Shown here: positions 42,253 to 51,532 of the stretch, one piece after another
Layout: the number at the start of each line of letters is the position of its first letter
How positions within the stretch are numbered: the stretch's first letter is position 1
Assembly (NCBI GenBank): GCA_963840935.1
Contig: CAWJAS010000002.1
Location: forward strand, 71,333-135,332
From: Candidatus Magasanikiibacteriota bacterium
Lineage (GTDB): Bacteria; Patescibacteriota; Patescibacteriia; Magasanikbacterales; GWA2-37-8
DNA length: 64,000 nucleotides
Direction of reading: 5' to 3'
The notes under the pieces: generated by a model
Seen by the model: the letters and a program-made list of their open reading frames with translations, nothing else
Told to the model about the DNA's origin: nothing
Databases searched by the model: none
Translations under genes and position numbers: made by a program

Positions 42253-43069
42253 AGTGCTATTATTTAGTATTTTTTTCTTGGGATTGTTCTTTTTTGTTAC
42301 GGAAGCCAAATCGGCTACGCTGTATTTTTCACCGGCTTCTCCTACTTACACCATAGGAGATTCTTTCCAAGTCAGTCTTTTTGTGTCTTCCGCCGACCAA
42401 GCAATGAACGCGGCTCAAGCCACCATTAATTATCCGACCGACAAATTGGAAATGATTTCCGTTTCCACAAAAAACTCTATTTTCTCTTTAATGGTGGAAA
42501 ACCCGGTTTTTTCGAATGTTAACGGCTCGGCCTCTTTCTCTGGTATTGTCTTGAATCCGGGCTATTCGGGAAAAAGCGGACGGTTGGTAACGCTTAATTT
42601 ACGTGCAAAAGCATTGGGCCAAGCCAATCTTTCCGTTTCAAGCGCCCAGGTGCTTGCCAATGACGGCCTTGGCACAAATATATTAACTTCTCGCGGAGGT
42701 GGCACTGTTACTATTATTGAAAAAAAAGTTGCCCCGGAACCGCCAAAACCAATTCCATTGCCCGAACCGACAATTTATATTCCAACCACTACCATAACCA
42801 CAACCGTCCCAGAGGAGCCAACAACCGAAATAACTCCGATAGTTAACATTGTTACTTCAACCGTCTGTTCGGTTGACCAACTGCCTTACGTATTTTTAAA
42901 AATCGGCCCTCTCACTTTTGACTCCGCTTCCCTTTCACTTTTATTTTTAATTATCATGATTTTAGTTGCCGGAATAATATCATTTTGGGGATTTTTTGAA
43001 GCCTACTTTAGTCGCCAGATTGATAAAAAGAGATTAAAAAAATCAACAACTAAAAAAACAAAAAAATAA
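42227..43069 (+). CDS. Cohesin-like domain protein with Pro/Thr linker and TM anchor
   Basis: ATLYFSPAS...MNAAQATINYPTDKLE...VLANDGLGTNIL. Confidence 0.7.
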   Translation: MLNGGLKNKVLLFSIFFLGLFFFVTEAKSATLYFSPASPTYTIGDSFQVSLFVSSADQAMNAAQATINYPTDKLEMISVSTKNSIFSLMVENPVFSNVNGSASFSGIVLNPGYSGKSGRLVTLNLRAKALGQANLSVSSAQVLANDGLGTNILTSRGGGTVTIIEKKVAPEPPKPIPLPEPTIYIPTTTITTTVPEEPTTEITPIVNIVTSTVCSVDQLPYVFLKIGPLTFDSASLSLLFLIIMILVAGIISFWGFFEAYFSRQIDKKRLKKSTTKKTKK

Positions 43070-43072
43070 AAT

Positions 43073-44044
43073 ATGCCAAAATCAATTTACAGAGAATCAG
43101 TCAAAGAGGCATGGAAACTTGTCAGAAAAAACACAACGCTTTGGCTACTGGGCTTGCTTTCCGCGCTTTTTGCAGGTTCATTTGGCTTAAGTAGCTTTTT
43201 TTCGCAATTAATTACCATAATGGGGTCTAATGCAAACGCCAACGGCCCTTTAATAACTCGATTTAACTGGCCCGAACTGGGAGCTTCCGGACTGTATTCC
43301 ACTATTTGGACAATTTGGCTAATCGGCATAATGCTCGTACTATTTGGCGCGGTTATTTACATCTCTGTTATTGCCAAAACATCTCTTCTTATCGCTATCG
43401 CCGATTTTTACAAAAAGAAAACCGAACCGAAACTAACAAAAATCTGGAATACGGGTCTTAAATATTTTTGGCGTATTTTCGCCATTGAAACAATCAGAAA
43501 AATCTCTTTATTTGCAATCGTAATTATATTCGGTTTGATTTGGTATTATTTTCCATTTTATGAAGGAACGGTCAACTTATTAATAAGCATCACCGCTTTG
43601 ATAATAGTTGTGGCGCTTGGCTGGGTAATTTCGGCATTATCAATTTTTACCGCCGGCTACACGGTAATTGATAATAAATCCCCTGTTAAAGCTTTAAAAA
43701 AAGCCTGGCAATTATTTCACGAGCATCTTTTGGTTTCTTTTGAAATTAGTGCTATTCTCACATTAATCGACCTGGCGCTTGTGGCGATTTTTGCCGCTTT
43801 AATTTCTTACGCCTTTATTCCTTCCATTTTTATTTGGATTATCGCCGGAGTTTTTTCTTCGCCTTTTATCGCCATACTCGGAACTTTAGTCGGACTCGTA
43901 ATCACCATCATTGTTATTGCTTTATTCGGCGCGATTTACAACACATTCTATACGAGTGTCTGGATGCATATGTTTATGAAAATGCATCATGAAGGAATTT
44001 TCTCTCGCTTAATTCATCATGTTCAAGGGTTTTTCAAAAAATAA
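43073..44044 (+). CDS. Multi-pass membrane protein
   Basis: About 6-7 hydrophobic segments; SPVKALKKAWQLF motif. Confidence 0.7.
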   Translation: MPKSIYRESVKEAWKLVRKNTTLWLLGLLSALFAGSFGLSSFFSQLITIMGSNANANGPLITRFNWPELGASGLYSTIWTIWLIGIMLVLFGAVIYISVIAKTSLLIAIADFYKKKTEPKLTKIWNTGLKYFWRIFAIETIRKISLFAIVIIFGLIWYYFPFYEGTVNLLISITALIIVVALGWVISALSIFTAGYTVIDNKSPVKALKKAWQLFHEHLLVSFEISAILTLIDLALVAIFAALISYAFIPSIFIWIIAGVFSSPFIAILGTLVGLVITIIVIALFGAIYNTFYTSVWMHMFMKMHHEGIFSRLIHHVQGFFKK

Positions 44045-44046
44045 TT

Positions 44047-45756
44047 ATGACTGATTTCCCATCAATTTCCGATTTGCTAAAAAAATCCGGCACTGCGCCG
44101 TCAGGCACGCCAACAACGCAAGAAAAATTCGATGCAAAAATTCGAGAAATTGACATAAAATCCAAAGAAGAAGAAACCGCGTCGCGCGCTGTTACGTTAA
44201 ATTTGCCATATATTTCACTCTCCGGTTTCCCGATTTCCGCTGAATCTCTCAAGGTTATTAGCGAAAAGGACGCTCGTGAAAAAAAGACGATTTGTTTTTA
44301 TTTTACTCCAGATGATTTGCGTATCGGCGTAATGGAATTAACGCCGGAAATCGAAGAATTTGCCTACCAAATCGGCGAACGACACCACGCAAAAGCGCAA
44401 ATTTATTTAATTTCCGAGCACTCGCTTGACTCGGCGTTGAAACTTTACGCCACTTTGCCAATCATTAAACCAATATCCAAAGAAATTAACATTACCGATG
44501 AAGAATTGAGCCGTTTCCAAGAAGGAATAGAAAATTTACAAGCTTTAGAGGGGATGTTCAAAAATATTTCCATCACCGATATTTTAACTTTGATGATTGC
44601 GGCCGCGCTCAAAACCAATTCTTCAGACATTCATGTTGAAGCCGAAGATAAAGGCATCGCCGTGCGCTATCGCATCGATGGCGTTCTTCACGAAGTATCA
44701 AACCTACCAAAAGATCAATGGAAAAAATTTGTTTCGCGTATCAAACTTTTGGCCGGATTAAAAATCAACATTACCGACAAACCGCAAGACGGTCGAGTGA
44801 CATTACGCTTGGAATCCGGCTCGCTCGACGTTCGTGTTTCCACCATGCCAACCACCTATGGCGAATCAATTGTGATGAGAATTTTACATAGTGGGTCAAA
44901 AGGAGTGACATACGACAATTTGGGACTCCGCGGAGAAGCCTATGAACGATTGCGCCGAGAAGTTGAACGGCCAAACGGCATGATTATTACCACCGGTCCG
45001 ACCGGTTCCGGTAAAACCACCACATTGTACGCGATTTTGCGCACACTTAACAAACCGGGTGTAAAAATTATTACTTTGGAAGACCCGGTGGAAATTAAAA
45101 TGGAAGGTATTAACCAAAGTCAGGTTGACCCGAGCCATGATTACACTTTTGCAAAAGGTCTGCGCTCAATTCTGCGCCAAGACCCTGATATTTGTATGGT
45201 CGGCGAAATCCGTGATTTGGAAACCGCGGAAATCGCCATTCAAGCCGCTTTAACCGGCCATTTGATGCTTTCAACCATTCATACCAACTCAGCCTCTGGC
45301 GCCATCCCCCGCTTTTTATCCATGGGGGTAAAGCCATTTTTGCTTGCTCCGGCACTCAACGCCATCATCGGCCAGCGCTTGGTCAGGCGTATTTGCGAAC
45401 ATTGCATTGAAGAAGATAATTTGGACAGTGAAAAAATGGAGCGAGTAATGAACTTATTAAACACTCTACCGGAGGCTGAAAGAAACAAAGTTGATTTAAA
45501 TAATTTAAAATTTTATAAAGGCGCCGGTTGCCCCAAATGCTCGGGGCTTGGCTACAAAGGGCGAATCGGAATTTACGAAATCTTTACCATGAATAAAGAA
45601 ATCGAACAGATAATATTGAGTGCCCAAGTATCTGAATATACTATCCAAGAAATCGCCGTCAAAAACGGTATGGTAACAATGGCCCAAGATGGCATTTTAA
45701 AAGCACTCGATAAAATAACGAGCATTGCCGAAGTATTTGATGTGGCCGATGAATAA
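44047..45756 (+). CDS. GspE/PilB-family type IV pilus assembly ATPase
   Basis: SDIHVE, PQDGR, TGPTGSGKTTTLY, LRQDPD, VGEIRD, HLMLSTIHTN, tetracysteine motif. Confidence 0.95.
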   Translation: MTDFPSISDLLKKSGTAPSGTPTTQEKFDAKIREIDIKSKEEETASRAVTLNLPYISLSGFPISAESLKVISEKDAREKKTICFYFTPDDLRIGVMELTPEIEEFAYQIGERHHAKAQIYLISEHSLDSALKLYATLPIIKPISKEINITDEELSRFQEGIENLQALEGMFKNISITDILTLMIAAALKTNSSDIHVEAEDKGIAVRYRIDGVLHEVSNLPKDQWKKFVSRIKLLAGLKINITDKPQDGRVTLRLESGSLDVRVSTMPTTYGESIVMRILHSGSKGVTYDNLGLRGEAYERLRREVERPNGMIITTGPTGSGKTTTLYAILRTLNKPGVKIITLEDPVEIKMEGINQSQVDPSHDYTFAKGLRSILRQDPDICMVGEIRDLETAEIAIQAALTGHLMLSTIHTNSASGAIPRFLSMGVKPFLLAPALNAIIGQRLVRRICEHCIEEDNLDSEKMERVMNLLNTLPEAERNKVDLNNLKFYKGAGCPKCSGLGYKGRIGIYEIFTMNKEIEQIILSAQVSEYTIQEIAVKNGMVTMAQDGILKALDKITSIAEVFDVADE

Positions 45757-45797
45757 TGTGATATAATATAAATAGAATAAAACGCTAAAATAAACAT

Positions 45798-46946
45798 ATG
45801 ATAACTCACCGCTTGCAAACTCAAACAATACCGGAACCACCGGTAAAAGTATATCGCATTATTGCTTTGACTTTTCTTTTAATAACCGTTGTTCTTTTGG
45901 GTATTGTTATTTTCACCATGCTCAAAAAAACGGAAATTACGATTGTTGCCAAAGAAGATTCAAAAACAGTTAATTTTATTGTGACAGCTGAAGCGGAAAA
46001 AAATTCAGATAAATCGCTTTCGTCCATTGTCACCTCCACGGAATTTTATTGGTCGGAAAAATACACGCCCACAGCCACCAAAGAAGTTGACGGCACTGCT
46101 AAAGGTGAGGTCATTATTTATAACAAATTAAGCGAGGCGCAAACTTTGGTCAAAACCACTCGCCTGCTCACGCCCGACAATAAATTATTCCGCTTGAACG
46201 ACCGAGTGACTATTCCCGCCGGCGGGCAAATCACGGCCGAAGTTTATGCTGATGAGGGCGGTGCATCTTTTGATATTGGGCCTTCGCAATTCACTATTCC
46301 CGGACTTTCTCTTGAACGACAAAAGTTTGTTTATGCTGAAAGTGAGAAACCGATGAGTGGTGGCTCCGGCAAAGTGGGAGTGGTGTCCGAGGCCGATTAC
46401 AAAGCGGGTGAAACTGATTTTGCCAACAAAACAAAAGATGAATTTTTGAAAAATTTTGAAGAGAGTCACACCGGACTTGACCAAAAAATTGTGGCCGTAA
46501 CGCAGAGCCGAGCGACTTCATCGCATGCCATCGGGTCAGAAACAAGTGAATTTAAAATCTCCGGCACGAGCACTCTGATTATTATTTTTTACAATGAAAA
46601 TGATTTAAGCGATTTGATAAAAAAAGAAGTTGAAAAAAGCGTAGACATGAATTCGGAAAAAATTGTTTCTATTGGCAGTGAACCAAAGTTAGAAATTGCC
46701 GCCATTGATCCGTCAAATAAATCAGCGCAAATTCAAATCAGCACGGAAGCGATAATGACCCTTGATGCCAACGCGCCAATGCTAAACAAAGAAAACTTTT
46801 TGAACAAACAAAAAGGAGAGATTGAAAGATACATTGTTTCGCTCCCTCATGTGACGGGAATGGAAATCAAATTCACACCAAGCTGGGTGAGCAAAACCCC
46901 GAGCGTGGCGGATAAATTAAAGATTTTGGTGAAGAGTGTAAAATGA
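45798..46946 (+). CDS. Membrane-anchored baseplate-J-like domain protein
   Basis: TM helix; AKGEVIIYN...QTLVKTTRL...VYADEGG...FTIPGL...MSGG pattern. Confidence 0.55.
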   Translation: MITHRLQTQTIPEPPVKVYRIIALTFLLITVVLLGIVIFTMLKKTEITIVAKEDSKTVNFIVTAEAEKNSDKSLSSIVTSTEFYWSEKYTPTATKEVDGTAKGEVIIYNKLSEAQTLVKTTRLLTPDNKLFRLNDRVTIPAGGQITAEVYADEGGASFDIGPSQFTIPGLSLERQKFVYAESEKPMSGGSGKVGVVSEADYKAGETDFANKTKDEFLKNFEESHTGLDQKIVAVTQSRATSSHAIGSETSEFKISGTSTLIIIFYNENDLSDLIKKEVEKSVDMNSEKIVSIGSEPKLEIAAIDPSNKSAQIQISTEAIMTLDANAPMLNKENFLNKQKGEIERYIVSLPHVTGMEIKFTPSWVSKTPSVADKLKILVKSVK

Positions 46947-46954
46947 TAATAAAT

Positions 46955-46991
46955 TAAAAAACCCGCCAGTTGTGACTGGCGGGTTTTTTTT
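46955..46991. terminator. Bidirectional terminator
   Basis: AAAAAACCCGCCAGT-TGTG-ACTGGCGGGTTTTTT. Confidence 0.85.
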
Positions 46992-48813
46992 ACCCCATTA
47001 TCTCGACAATTTCATCCTGCTCAATGGTTTCTTTTTCCATGAGGCGTGCTACCATTGCTTCGAGTTTGTCTTTGTTTTCGGTTAAAACTTTTTTGGCTTT
47101 GTTCATTGCCTCGCCGATAATGGCGCTCACTTCACTATCAATCGCTTCCGCGGTTTTATCGCTGTAATCTTGTTGTTCGTGAATTTCACGTCCCAAGAAA
47201 ATCATTTCTTCGCGTTCGCCAAATGTGCGCGGACCCAACTTGCTCATGCCATAACGGGTTACCATATCTTTGGCGATTTGTGTTGCGCTTCTCAAATCAG
47301 CTGAAGGCCCGGTAGAAATCATGTCATCCCCAAATATCATTTTTTCTACCACATAACCGCCGAGTGACATGGCAAGTTCATCGTTAAACTCCGCCAATGT
47401 GCGATACCGCTTGTCTTCGCTTGGCATTTTGAGGGTATAACCGCCGGCCTGACCGCGCGAGATGATTGACACCTTGCGCACTTGGTCGCAATTGGGTAAT
47501 AAATGACCAACAATAGCGTGGCCGGCTTCATGATACGCAGTCATCTTTTTTTCTTTTTCCGAAACAATTCGGCTTTTGCGTTCGGGCCCGAGCAAAACTT
47601 TTTCCACGCTTTCAAGAATTTCCGCTTCGCCGACTTTTTTCATTCCTCGGCGGACGGTCAAAATAGCCGCTTCATTCAAAAGGTTTTCCAAATCAGCTCC
47701 AGAAAATCCGGGGGTGCGTTCAGCAATTTTTCGCAGTGACACTTCTTTGGCAATCGGCTTATTGACCGCGTGGATCCCCAAAATCTCTTCTCTGTCTTTA
47801 ATATCCGGCAAATCCAAAACCACACGGCGATCAAATCTTCCCGGACGAAGTAGTGCCGGATCAAGCACATCCGGTCTGTTTGTGGCGGCGACCACAATCA
47901 CGCCAATATTCGGGTCAAACCCGTCCATTTCCACAAGAATTTGATTAAGAGTCTGCTCTCTTTCATCGTGCCCGCCACCAAGACCGGAACCTCGTCTGCG
48001 TCCGACTGCGTCAATTTCATCAATAAACACAATAGCCGGGGCTTCTTTTTTGGCTTTGCGAAACAAATCGCGAACACGAGAAGCTCCAACGCCCACAAAC
48101 ATTTCCACAAACTCCGACCCAGACATATGAAAAAACGGCACATCAGCTTCACCGGCGATTGCTTTGGCAAGCAATGTTTTGCCGGTTCCCGGCGCGCCCA
48201 TCAAAAGCACACCTTTGGGAATTTTTGCTCCCATGTCGGCAAATTTTTTCGGATGTTTCAAAAAGTCCACAATTTCCACCAATTCTGTTTTTGCTTCTGC
48301 CGCACCGGCCACGTCATTAAATGTTTTTTTGGCATTATCATTCGGATTAACCGTTCTGGGGTTACTTTCTCCAAAACCCATTGCCTTGCTGTTCATCCCC
48401 TGCACGCCTCGACTCATAAAAAAGAAGAAGGCGATAATAATGATAAGAGGCAGTAATGCCGGTATCAAATTAGCCGCCCAAAATTTCCACGAGCTTTCAT
48501 CTTTAACCTCCACTTCAATTCCTTTTTTGGCTTCTTCAGTCACACCATAATTATTCATAATATCACCAAACGATTCAGTTGGTTCTTTTTTTACTTCTTG
48601 CATTTTTGCGTCTTCGCCCATCAACTCAACTTTTAGTAAATCACCTTCTACTGTAACTTTTTTTACTTCTCCGGCATTAATTTGCTCGGCCAATTTGGCA
48701 AGCCCGACTGTGGATGTTTCTTCTTTGCTACCGACTTTAAAAAAACTTAAAACCGCCGCGACAATGAGAAGAGCGCAAAAAATAATCAAAAAATTCTTGA
48801 TAAAATCTTTCAT
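46990..48813 (-). CDS. ftsH: ATP-dependent zinc metalloprotease FtsH
   Basis: [29 protein letters not shown]. Confidence 0.98.
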   Translation of the reverse strand: MKDFIKNFLIIFCALLIVAAVLSFFKVGSKEETSTVGLAKLAEQINAGEVKKVTVEGDLLKVELMGEDAKMQEVKKEPTESFGDIMNNYGVTEEAKKGIEVEVKDESSWKFWAANLIPALLPLIIIIAFFFFMSRGVQGMNSKAMGFGESNPRTVNPNDNAKKTFNDVAGAAEAKTELVEIVDFLKHPKKFADMGAKIPKGVLLMGAPGTGKTLLAKAIAGEADVPFFHMSGSEFVEMFVGVGASRVRDLFRKAKKEAPAIVFIDEIDAVGRRRGSGLGGGHDEREQTLNQILVEMDGFDPNIGVIVVAATNRPDVLDPALLRPGRFDRRVVLDLPDIKDREEILGIHAVNKPIAKEVSLRKIAERTPGFSGADLENLLNEAAILTVRRGMKKVGEAEILESVEKVLLGPERKSRIVSEKEKKMTAYHEAGHAIVGHLLPNCDQVRKVSIISRGQAGGYTLKMPSEDKRYRTLAEFNDELAMSLGGYVVEKMIFGDDMISTGPSADLRSATQIAKDMVTRYGMSKLGPRTFGEREEMIFLGREIHEQQDYSDKTAEAIDSEVSAIIGEAMNKAKKVLTENKDKLEAMVARLMEKETIEQDEIVEIMG

Positions 48814-48967
48814 ATTTATTTATATATTATATTGGATAATTATGGCTATTTTACGCTAAAATGCCAAAAATATCAAGGGGACTAAAATCCCGTCACTCGC
48901 GAGTGACGGGACTATTTCATTATCAATTTCTTCTATAAGACATCGGACCGTGTACATCAGCGTTTAT

Positions 48968-50164
48968 TTATTCGGCAGATTCTTTTTCAACCGGTTCTTC
49001 ATTTTTTTCTTTCTCCGTATCTTCCGTCTTAACAGCCGGCTCCTCTTCTTTATTTTTTGCTGTTTCTTTTTCTTCTTCAGCTTTGCGCCCGGCTTTACCT
49101 TTAACGCCCTCGGCACGCAAACCCAAACGATGTTCTGTCGGTTCCAAAGAAACGATCACAAAATCAGCTTCCTGGCCGACCTTGTATTTGTCTTCAATGT
49201 TTCCAATCGGCTCATCGGATAATTCCGAAATATGCGCTAAACCGTGAATTTCATCATCAAGCCCGACCATCAAGCCAAACGGTTCGATTTTTATAATTTT
49301 ACCTTTTACCGTTTCACCGACTTTATATTTGTCTTTTGCTTTTTTCCACGGGTCGTCAACCAAACGTTTAACGGACAAATATATTTTTGAGTGGTCAAGC
49401 TGAATAATTTGAGCGCGAATTTTATCGCCGACTTTGAGCAAATCTTTGGGGTGGTCAATTCTTTGCCAAGCAATTTCCGAAATATGAACCAAACCTTCCA
49501 AATCTTCGCCAAATCGCACAAAAGCGCCGAATGAAGTGAGGGCGCTGACTTCTCCGTCAACAATATCCCCCACTTTATATGCTTCCAAAACCGCTTTCTG
49601 CGCGTCTTCCCAAACCGCTTTTTCTGAAACAATTAATTTTTCTTCTTTTTCGTCAACATCAATCACTTTTACTTCCAATTCCAAGCTAATTAATTCTTGA
49701 AGTTTTTCTAATATTCTGTTTTTATCACCCCCGGCGACGCGCGGATAATGATCCGGATTCAATTGCGATACCGGCATAAACCCGGCAAGCGCTCCGGCTT
49801 GCATCATGAGACCACCTTTGTTCGCGGCCAAAACTTTTGCTTTAATGGTGATGCCCTGAGACATCCATTTGCGCATATTATCCCAAACTCTTTGCATTCC
49901 GGCGATTCTAAATGATAATTCCATTTCACCGTTCTCATTTTCCAAATCAATTACAGTCGCTTCCACTTCATCGCCCGGCTTTAACGCTGCGTATTCGCGC
50001 GATTCAGTAAACAATTCTCGCCCGCGCACCACGGCTGTGGTTAAATTTTGCACATCAATACGGACTTCATTTTTATCAATTGAAATTACCGTACCTTTGA
50101 TAATATCGCCCACATTGGGGTAATTTATCAAATGATCCTCCAGCATTTTTTTGAAATCAGACAT
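48968..50164 (-). CDS. rpsA: 30S ribosomal protein S1 (four S1 domains)
   Basis: Repeated S1 domains (FGAFV...EGLVHISE). Confidence 0.9.
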   Translation of the reverse strand: MSDFKKMLEDHLINYPNVGDIIKGTVISIDKNEVRIDVQNLTTAVVRGRELFTESREYAALKPGDEVEATVIDLENENGEMELSFRIAGMQRVWDNMRKWMSQGITIKAKVLAANKGGLMMQAGALAGFMPVSQLNPDHYPRVAGGDKNRILEKLQELISLELEVKVIDVDEKEEKLIVSEKAVWEDAQKAVLEAYKVGDIVDGEVSALTSFGAFVRFGEDLEGLVHISEIAWQRIDHPKDLLKVGDKIRAQIIQLDHSKIYLSVKRLVDDPWKKAKDKYKVGETVKGKIIKIEPFGLMVGLDDEIHGLAHISELSDEPIGNIEDKYKVGQEADFVIVSLEPTEHRLGLRAEGVKGKAGRKAEEEKETAKNKEEEPAVKTEDTEKEKNEEPVEKESAE

Positions 50165-50459
50165 ATATATGTGGATTTTTTATCTTTATAAAAATAAAAA
50201 AAATCCGCTTAACCCTCCTTGATATTATTTCAAGTCAGAGTTCCAGCCTCTAAAACGGGCCGGATTTAAATATTTATTGTCGAAATAATATTATCACAGC
50301 CAATACTTTTTGTCAACTTTTAATTTACGGCTAATTTTAGCCATAAAAACTCGATAGATTATCCCCATTTTGGCCTTGAATTTAATCACAGATTAATGTA
50401 AAATATACGCACAAATGACGTTTCGGTCTTATAAATAAAATAATATAAATGTTAACTCT

Positions 50460-51089
50460 ATGCACCTAAATTGGCTTGGACAAACCTGCGTAAAACTGCA
50501 AACAAAAAACCTCAAAGACGAGGATGTGGTTATTTTAATTGATGCCTACAAACCAAAAATCGGTGAATTTCCACGCAGTTTTTCTCCGCAAATCGCTTTG
50601 TTTTCACGTGGCCTTGATAATTCCGCCACACTAAGCCAGGACCCTCTTGTTCTTGACACTTTGGGCGAGGTTGAACAAAAAAATGTGATGATTTATGCTT
50701 TGCCCGGTTCCGAAGAAAACCAATCGATTGTTTTCAAAATTCTTGCGGAAGGTCTAACCATAGCTCATTTGGGGAAAATCAATAAAAAATTAAATACTGA
50801 AACAATCGCAAAATTGGGAAGCCCTGATATTCTTTTCGTGCCCATTGGCGGTAAAAAAACCGGAGTGCTTGATGCGACTGATGCCGTGGCCACAGTCACC
50901 GCCCTTGAACCGCGAGTTATTATTCCGGTTGCCTATGAGTGCGATACCGACCCGGACGCTGATTCAATAACTGAATTCATAAAAAATCTTGGGTTAAAAG
51001 CGGACATGACCGATAAAAAAATAATCATTAAGAAAAAAGATTTACCTCAAGAAGAAACTAAATTATTTGTACTTGAAAAGAATTATTAA
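50460..51089 (+). CDS. MBL-fold hydrolase-like protein
   Basis: WLGQTCVKL, AHLG, DILFVPIGG, LEPRVIIP; canonical HxHxDH absent. Confidence 0.7.
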   Translation: MHLNWLGQTCVKLQTKNLKDEDVVILIDAYKPKIGEFPRSFSPQIALFSRGLDNSATLSQDPLVLDTLGEVEQKNVMIYALPGSEENQSIVFKILAEGLTIAHLGKINKKLNTETIAKLGSPDILFVPIGGKKTGVLDATDAVATVTALEPRVIIPVAYECDTDPDADSITEFIKNLGLKADMTDKKIIIKKKDLPQEETKLFVLEKNY

Positions 51090-51090
51090 T

Positions 51091-51522
51091 ATGAAGGCGA
51101 AAAAACATACGCCAAAAAAACCTACCGCCTGGGAAAAAAAACAGGCCGATAATGACCACAAATGGATGGTTCTTAAAATATGCGTAATTTCCATGTCTAT
51201 CATTATTGCCGTGCTTTGGGGTTTTGCCTTAAAAAATCAATTTGTTTCCGCCGATTGGGATAAAACTCCGGAGTTTGAACTAATAAAAAATACTCAAGAA
51301 CAATGGAAGGCCAGCGAACAAGCAATTTCAAACGACCAGGCAACGCGTGAGGCCGCTTATGAAGCGGTAAAATCAAAACTATCAGAAATTATTGCCGAGG
51401 TTAACACAAGCACGGAGGAAAATATTATTAATGCAAACAGCACGTCCACTTCTTCAACCGAAGAATCCGCAGATACGCTTACCCAAACAGAAGAAAAAAT
51501 AAATTCACAAATAATTGAATGA
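51091..51522 (+). CDS. Hypothetical single-TM protein
   Basis: TM helix and acidic Ser/Thr tail. Confidence 0.65.
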   Translation: MKAKKHTPKKPTAWEKKQADNDHKWMVLKICVISMSIIIAVLWGFALKNQFVSADWDKTPEFELIKNTQEQWKASEQAISNDQATREAAYEAVKSKLSEIIAEVNTSTEENIINANSTSTSSTEESADTLTQTEEKINSQIIE

Positions 51523-51532
51523 TTAATAAACT

